The notes beneath the pieces are model-generated. The model had not been told where the DNA came from. It saw nothing but the letters and a program-made list of their open reading frames with translations, and searched no databases. This document shows, piece by piece, positions 15,853 through 20,000 of a stretch of 20,000 nt of DNA; within the stretch, counting starts at the first letter, position 1, and every line of letters begins with the position of its first letter. Made by a program: the position numbers and the translations under genes. The stretch is from an uncultured virus (IMG/VR IMGVR_UViG_3300025530_000008). Taxonomy: Duplodnaviria > Heunggongvirae > Uroviricota > Caudoviricetes > Herelleviridae. The DNA lies in the IMG/VR virus record IMGVR_UViG_3300025530_000008. One strand, 5' to 3'.

Positions 15853-18800
15853 GTGGAGCAATCGATTCGCGTCTCGGCACGCGGCGACTTCGGACAGCTA
15901 ACACGCGGTCTTAAGCAACTGCGAAGCGATTTGAAAAATGTCACGGATGAACTGAGCCGGGGCGCACGAGGGGGAGGCGTGTTCGACGAGTCTCGTCTTC
16001 GTGCGCTCGATTTATTCCGGCGCCGGTTTGTCTCCACGCTTCGAGAGATCGACCGCGAGTTCGAGAAGCAGAATCAGATCATCGACGAACTTCATCGGTC
16101 CATGAGCCGGGCGCAGGCGTCCGAGCGCGACGCGATCCGGCGCACGATTCAGGAGCGCGAACGGCAGCTCGATGTGATCCGCAGGCAGGTTATGGAGGCC
16201 GAGCGGCTGTACGAGCTTCAAATGCGCCAGCTCCGCGCGGGGTCGTCGCCGCAAGCAACGGCACGGGGCGGATCATCTATTGGCGTCCCTATGCCGGGTA
16301 CGCCGCAGTACACACGCCTTCAAGAAGGAATCAAGACCCTTCGGAAGGACTTGCAAACGATCGTCACGGAAGTCAACCGTGGCGCTCGGCGCGGTGGTGT
16401 GTTCAGCGAAGAAAACCTGCGCGCATTGGATATCTTCAAAAACCGCTTCCGGTCGACAATGGAGGCCATCGATGCGGAGTTCCAGCGGCACAATGATGCA
16501 CTGGACCGCCTCTATGAGCGCATGGAGCGTGCGCAGGAGGACGAGCGCGAGGAAATACGCAAGACGATTCAGGAGCGCGAGAAAGAGCTGGACGTGCTGC
16601 GGCAGCAGCTCTATATTATCGAGCGCATTTACAAAGAGCGAACTTCGGAAGCTTCCAGCTTTTCGATGAAGACCGCTGGCGTAGACGCCGGCCAGCTTAA
16701 TGAAGCCTCCGAAAACAGCCTGTTCGGACGGATGCTCCGGTCGCAGCTCCTGCGGCGCGGTATCGGCTTCGGAAGGTCCGCGCTGGCGCTCGCCGGCATC
16801 GGCGGAATCGGCGCTATTCTGTCACAGGCCTATCAAGCTGCGTATGCCCGGGAAGTCGAGTCGCTTGACCTTGCGCAGCGTCTCCGCGGGTACGCCGGAA
16901 GGTCCGGCAGCGCGTCGAGCATGTATGCCGCTGCTGCGGCGATTGGCCGCCGTGACCGGATGGGTTACACGGCGCAGGAAAGCTGGCAGTTCCTTGATCA
17001 GTATTCCCGACTGGCCGGCGCCCTCAGCGCTGAGCAGCAGTACGGCCTCATGCGCTTCGGAAGGGCCTACGGCCTGTCGCTGGGTGAAGTGGCCGGGCTC
17101 GTCGGCGCAAACGTACAGGCGGGCGGCGTAACGTCCCCGAAAGAGTTCGCCGATGCCATTGCCGGCAGCGTGGCTACGTCCGGCATGACGCCGCGTATTG
17201 TTGAAGTCATGGAAGCCAATAACGCACTGCTTCAGCAAATGAACACGACGCTGAAGGACGGCAGCGCGCGGCAGCTTCTGGCCTACCAGACGACGCTCGA
17301 CCGCATCGGTCTGTCTCAGGGCATGACCCAACTTACGGGTGCGCAGGGCGCCAGCCTGATTGCAGGTCTCGGCGGCATCTTCACACCCGACAACGATAAG
17401 TGGAAATGGATGGGAATCCGAGCCCTTCAGGCATATAATCCCGAAAAATACGGGAACATGGACCTGTTCGATCTTGAGATGGCCTTTGAGGATGGCCTGC
17501 TTAACCCAGACAACATTCCGGCTATGTCCTCGTATATCCGAAGCATCGTCGGAAACAACGAACCGCTCGCCAAACGCATCATGCAGCGCTGGCTTACGGA
17601 AGGCGGCTACGCGGCAACAAAGCGTGAGGCTTCCGAGTTTTACGACGCGACGCAAGGGCTCCGGGTGTTTGATGAAGCACAGATGGCCGCGCTCCGCGAC
17701 GGTATGATCGACTCCGGGGAGAAGTACGCTGAGCGCATGGACCAGACAGGGCAGGAGATTCTGGATGTCAACGCCCGCTACCTGAGCGCGCTTGAAGGCG
17801 TCGGCGGCGAGTTTATCGGCGTCATCAACACGCTGAAAGATGTTGTCACCACGGGTGTCGAAAGCCTGAACCAGTTCGCCGATGCGGTGGATGCTGCGGT
17901 GGATTCGCTAAAAGCCCCGAACTGGATGAAGGAAGCCGGTATGAACGCCATGGACTTCATCGAAGACAACCCGTGGGCCATCATCGGCGGCGCTATGGCC
18001 GGCAAAGGGATCGCCAATATGATGCGCCGCCGGCAGGCCGGCCGGGCGGGTGCAGCCGGAGCAGGCAGGGCGTCCGGCATCATACCCAAAACGCCGAAGG
18101 CCTCGTCCCTGCTGCGGGGAGCTGGCATCCTCGGTGCCGGTATCGGGCTCTATGAGATCATCCGCAACTGGGACAGCATCACGCCCGGTACCGATTACTG
18201 GGAGTACAACCTTCTGGACACCGTCATGCCGGGTGCATCTTCGATTCTGGGTGGAAACCCAAGCACGCGGCGTGTCATCATGCCGGAAGAAATCGACGCT
18301 ATGCGTGCCAAACGACAGGGGCTGGAGTATGTCGATAAGATTACACCCCAGCAGGTAGAAGGGCTTAGGTCATGGATGGCGCAGCAGAAGGAGAAGGCAA
18401 ACGCCGCCGGCGACTCGCTCATCGGCCGCATGACCGAAGAAGACTACCGCCGGTTTACGTCGATGCCCCGGGATGTTACCGAAGACTTCGGAAGGCTGTC
18501 GGAAGCCGGCCAGACCTTCTACTCGGACACGCGCCGGGAGCACCGCGACAGACTCCTTCAGATTTACAACGAGCACCGCGGGCTGCGTGATCTGTTCTCC
18601 GGCATGTTCGGCCCGGTTATCGAAGGCTTCCGCTTTATGATCGGCTACGCCAGCCAGATTCTTAACGGATCGATGGCGTCTACATCCGCCGGCGCGCTCA
18701 CCAGCGCAGCGTTTGATGTGCGCAGCGGCATCGGAAGTGTGACCGCAGCGCAGCTTAACGCGCAACTGGGTGGCGTACTGTCCGGCCGCGGTGCGGAATT

Positions 18801-19848
18801 TATTGCGGCCGGCCAGCGGTACGGCATAAACCCGGCATTTCTTGCAGCGGTCGCCATGCACGAGACCGGCAACGGTACGTCGGCTGCTGCCCGGCTCAAG
18901 AACAATGTCGGCGGCATGATGGGCAAGAACGGCTTGATGACCTTCGGAAGCATTTCAGAAGGCATCGACGCCATGGCGCGGAATCTCTACCGCAACTACA
19001 TCTCGCAGGGACTTACGACCGTTGAGGATATTCAGCGGAAGTATGCGCCCATCGGTGCGGCCAACGACCCGAACAACCTGAATTCGAACTGGACCCGCGG
19101 CGTTTATGCCTACATGAACCGCCTCGGCGTATCCACGCCGACGCCGGCGCGTGCTGGCGGGTTCTTCTCCGGCTGGGAGTCCCGTGTAACGTCTCGCTTC
19201 GGAAGCTTCGAATCGTTCCGATCGAAGCCGCACGGCGGGCTCGATATCAAAGGCGCACAGGGCGACCCTATCGAAGCACTGGCAGGCGGCAAAGTCGCAT
19301 TCATTTACTACGACGACGGCAGCAAGCTGGACTCCGACGGAAAGGCCAACACCCGCGCCGGAGGTACGGAAGTCGGCATCCAGATGCCGGACGGCAGCAT
19401 CTACTACTATAGCCACCTGTCGAAGGTCAATCCGAACCTGAAAGTCGGGCAGGAGATCAATGCCGGCGACTACATCGGAAACGTCGGCGGCACGCCGGGC
19501 AAGCCGGGAAGCGGCAGCTCGACAACCGGAGCGCACCTGCATCTGGGCTACATGAACGCTGCCGGCGAGCTGATGAATCCCGAGCAGCTTCTGAGGCAGC
19601 TCAATATCGGCGATTCCGACATTGGTCGGTTCATGTCGCAAATGCCGCTGCAGAACCGCGAGCAACTGTCCGCATCGTCGTCGCGCAAGGTCGAGGTTTC
19701 GATCGACATCAACATTACCGGCGAAGGGGCGCAATCGTTGAACAGCATGACAGAGCAGCAGCTTCGCCGCATGATCCAAAAGATCATGCAGGAAAGCAAG
19801 CTTACGCAACTTCTGCAATCTCCGACGAGGGTGGGGTATAGCGGATGA
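15853..19848 (+). CDS. Tape measure protein with C-terminal GH73/glucosaminidase-like and M23 peptidase domains (1331 aa)
   Basis: SD AGGGGGTG before GTG 15853. Long helical Ala/Gly-rich body. YGINPAFLAAVAMHETGNG...NNVGG...KYAP (~18740-19110) is lysozyme-like GH73. HGGLDI, YSHL and TGAHLHLG (~19180-19600) are the M23 HxxxD/HxH motifs. Confidence 0.88.
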   Translation: MEQSIRVSARGDFGQLTRGLKQLRSDLKNVTDELSRGARGGGVFDESRLRALDLFRRRFVSTLREIDREFEKQNQIIDELHRSMSRAQASERDAIRRTIQERERQLDVIRRQVMEAERLYELQMRQLRAGSSPQATARGGSSIGVPMPGTPQYTRLQEGIKTLRKDLQTIVTEVNRGARRGGVFSEENLRALDIFKNRFRSTMEAIDAEFQRHNDALDRLYERMERAQEDEREEIRKTIQEREKELDVLRQQLYIIERIYKERTSEASSFSMKTAGVDAGQLNEASENSLFGRMLRSQLLRRGIGFGRSALALAGIGGIGAILSQAYQAAYAREVESLDLAQRLRGYAGRSGSASSMYAAAAAIGRRDRMGYTAQESWQFLDQYSRLAGALSAEQQYGLMRFGRAYGLSLGEVAGLVGANVQAGGVTSPKEFADAIAGSVATSGMTPRIVEVMEANNALLQQMNTTLKDGSARQLLAYQTTLDRIGLSQGMTQLTGAQGASLIAGLGGIFTPDNDKWKWMGIRALQAYNPEKYGNMDLFDLEMAFEDGLLNPDNIPAMSSYIRSIVGNNEPLAKRIMQRWLTEGGYAATKREASEFYDATQGLRVFDEAQMAALRDGMIDSGEKYAERMDQTGQEILDVNARYLSALEGVGGEFIGVINTLKDVVTTGVESLNQFADAVDAAVDSLKAPNWMKEAGMNAMDFIEDNPWAIIGGAMAGKGIANMMRRRQAGRAGAAGAGRASGIIPKTPKASSLLRGAGILGAGIGLYEIIRNWDSITPGTDYWEYNLLDTVMPGASSILGGNPSTRRVIMPEEIDAMRAKRQGLEYVDKITPQQVEGLRSWMAQQKEKANAAGDSLIGRMTEEDYRRFTSMPRDVTEDFGRLSEAGQTFYSDTRREHRDRLLQIYNEHRGLRDLFSGMFGPVIEGFRFMIGYASQILNGSMASTSAGALTSAAFDVRSGIGSVTAAQLNAQLGGVLSGRGAEFIAAGQRYGINPAFLAAVAMHETGNGTSAAARLKNNVGGMMGKNGLMTFGSISEGIDAMARNLYRNYISQGLTTVEDIQRKYAPIGAANDPNNLNSNWTRGVYAYMNRLGVSTPTPARAGGFFSGWESRVTSRFGSFESFRSKPHGGLDIKGAQGDPIEALAGGKVAFIYYDDGSKLDSDGKANTRAGGTEVGIQMPDGSIYYYSHLSKVNPNLKVGQEINAGDYIGNVGGTPGKPGSGSSTTGAHLHLGYMNAAGELMNPEQLLRQLNIGDSDIGRFMSQMPLQNREQLSASSSRKVEVSIDINITGEGAQSLNSMTEQQLRRMIQKIMQESKLTQLLQSPTRVGYSG

Positions 19849-20000
19849 GCATCGGGTACAAAGAGAAAGGCGGCAACAACAGCCGCACCGTCAAGCGATA
19901 TATTCCGGTGGTTTATGTCAGCTTCCACACCAAAGACAAGTGCTACCAACTAAAGGGCGAGATTACAGAGGAAGGAAAACAGCTTGATCCGACCTATCAG
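19845..20000 (+). CDS. Start of the next tail gene (probably baseplate hub/tail lysin), 3'-truncated
   Basis: ATGA overlap with the tape measure stop. The frame is open to the window end (MSIGYKEKGGNNSRTVKRYIPVVYVSFHTK...). Function is inferred from synteny only. Confidence 0.6.
   Translation, partial: MSIGYKEKGGNNSRTVKRYIPVVYVSFHTKDKCYQLKGEITEEGKQLDPTYQ

Larger units (their letters stand above)
185..19205. repeat. Dispersed quasi-palindromic 9-mer CTTC[C/G]GAAG, ~25 perfect copies
   Basis: Manual count of start positions: 185, 1182, 1657, 5050, 5385, 5436, 6606, 8418, 9440, 11294, 12063, 12860, 12888, 12933, 13311, 15011, 15180, 15559, 16339, 16643, 16767, 17055, 18486, 18942, 19197. Confidence 0.9.
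1..20000 (+). mobile_element. Myovirus-type phage/prophage structural module, Herelleviridae-like architecture
   Basis: Contiguous protease-capsid-neck-sheath-tube-chaperone-tape measure order. Free phage versus prophage cannot be determined from this window. Confidence 0.9.

Noticed and set aside
26..19848. Alternative genetic code or stop-codon readthrough
   Set aside because: Genes are full length and tightly packed under the standard code, and TAA, TAG and TGA all serve as stops.

Overview
The window is a GC-rich (roughly 60%, estimated by eye) virion morphogenesis module of a contractile-tailed phage or prophage, with all genes on the + strand. Gene order and protein motifs resemble SPO1/Twort/A511-like (Herelleviridae-related) myoviruses. 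Strong Shine-Dalgarno (SD) sites, a sigma-A-type promoter and GH73/M23 wall hydrolases point to a Bacillota host. Gene order: a 5'-truncated giant (>1630 aa) SNF2-family protein, an 84-aa ORF, a small Zn-ribbon protein, a promoter and structured RNA, a fused prohead protease-scaffold, major capsid, two head accessory genes, four neck/tail-completion genes, a small ORF, tail sheath, tail tube, a tail assembly chaperone pair, a tape measure protein with lytic domains, and the start of the next tail gene. The main unexplained signals are: (1) about 25 perfect copies of the quasi-palindrome CTTC[C/G]GAAG, found in several reading frames and inside the promoter spacer; (2) a ~135-nt three-way-junction RNA with anti-SD-like loops, between the Zn-ribbon gene and the head operon; (3) the giant SNF2 protein, which carries the same L-x-K-[A/S] motifs as the capsid and scaffold and may be a packaged, protease-matured cargo; (4) a nested scaffold start codon; and (5) a candidate +1 frameshift at UCC_UUU_C. 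All calls come from manual motif and synteny reading. No database searches were run.
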